This document shows positions 63,099 through 64,000 of a DNA stretch of 64,000 bases, in pieces; positions within the stretch are counted from its first letter, which is position 1, and every line of letters starts with the position of its first letter. A model generated the notes under the pieces. The model worked only from the letters and a program-made list of their open reading frames with translations, had not been told where the DNA came from and ran no database searches. The position numbers and the translations under genes were made by a program. The stretch comes from Phoronis australis (Eukaryota > Animalia > Phoronida), in contig NMRA01000001.1 in the NCBI GenBank assembly GCA_002633005.1, positions 500,625 to 564,624 on the forward strand, given 5' to 3'.

Positions 63099-64000
63099 CG
63101 GATTTCAAAGCACTGAAATCATCTCCAATTTGAGACGAAGGGGTCTAAATAAATAATTTTTGCGATGGGTAAACGGGTTCATAGCCGCTTTAAACTCGAT
63201 CTAACTCTGCTCTTTGGTGCGAAAGATATGGTGCATTTGCTGAGGCAAAAATTCAGCTTTGAGTTTATTTTGAAATACAAATGTGGATGAGCAAAGACAA
63301 AACAAAAACTCGGTTTTAAGGAAATTTAGTTGATGAATTAATTAAGATATCTGATCATAGGCTTACGTCACTTAGAGAAACATTGAATCGAACCAGTAGA
63401 AGACCGCCAACAGAATCATCACTATTCCATACATTTTAACGAAACAGGTGGAGTTCAGAGACTGTCCAGTTCCGTCGCCTGTCTATCACCGCACTCGTAC
63501 GGTATCCCGGTCACAGCACGAACATCCTGTCACACTACCAATTTTCTGTCACGCCAGGAAACTCTGCCAGTTTGACTTTAGTTGTCTTATAGGATGTCGT
63601 GACTGTAAGTAGAGAACGCGACAGACGAGAGCTTCTATCTCACCACAGGTAGATTAAAGATGCAGTTGCATGCTCCGAACTATGATAATGTATATCAGGA
63701 ACTAAGCGACAATGCTATTTTAACACTGCTAAACAAAGTGCAGTTGTTGTATTTATTGAAAACTTGTAAATGTGTAAACAAAAAATTCTGCAAATAGGTG
63801 ACCTTTTCCCAGTGACATATCTCGAGGGCTCACGTAGCTCGCGTCATGTAGTGCTATTCCCCAGCACCCCGTCACGATACTTACTGGACACGGTTCAGTG
63901 ATTTGCGGCCGATCATTTTCCCCACAAAACTCGTTCTTAAAACCTTTGGCAATTTTCAACCTACTTCATTTTCAAATCACCGCTGATATGTTGTGTTTCT

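Noticed and set aside
468-63959. Most 60-170 aa ORFs in the six-frame track
   Set aside because: No recognisable motifs. Many start at GTG/TTG, lie within MITEs (for example 23934-24434 and 28331-28660), or are antisense shadows of the GPCR and RT frames.
1-64000. Prokaryotic system (CRISPR array, retron, DGR or defence operon) around the RT ORF
   Set aside because: Coding density is very low, there is no repeat-spacer array, and the RT has non-LTR motifs with poly(A) and a TSD.

Overview
This looks like AT-rich animal (probably marine invertebrate) nuclear DNA. I see no operons, CRISPR array, rRNA or tRNA. The only host genes I can support are two paralogous single-exon class A GPCRs on the minus strand (34335-35321 and about 56849-57830). 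The second appears frameshifted just after the ATG that matches copy 1. The rest is transposon-derived: a decayed L1/Tx1 LINE plus a second 3' fragment, a young 5'-truncated CR1/L2-group LINE with an unbroken RT frame, poly(A) and a 17-bp TSD, two RTE-X-like relics, a Penelope GIY-YIG fragment with a hammerhead-like motif, a solo LTR carrying a perfect heat-shock element, three Academ-like deletion derivatives, and many MITEs, some nested. The least familiar item is a 3.3-kb element with CAC...GTG ends, a 5-bp TSD and a C2H2 zinc-finger remnant, inserted just downstream of GPCR copy 2. Family names come from recalled motifs, not database searches. Boundaries of decayed elements are approximate.
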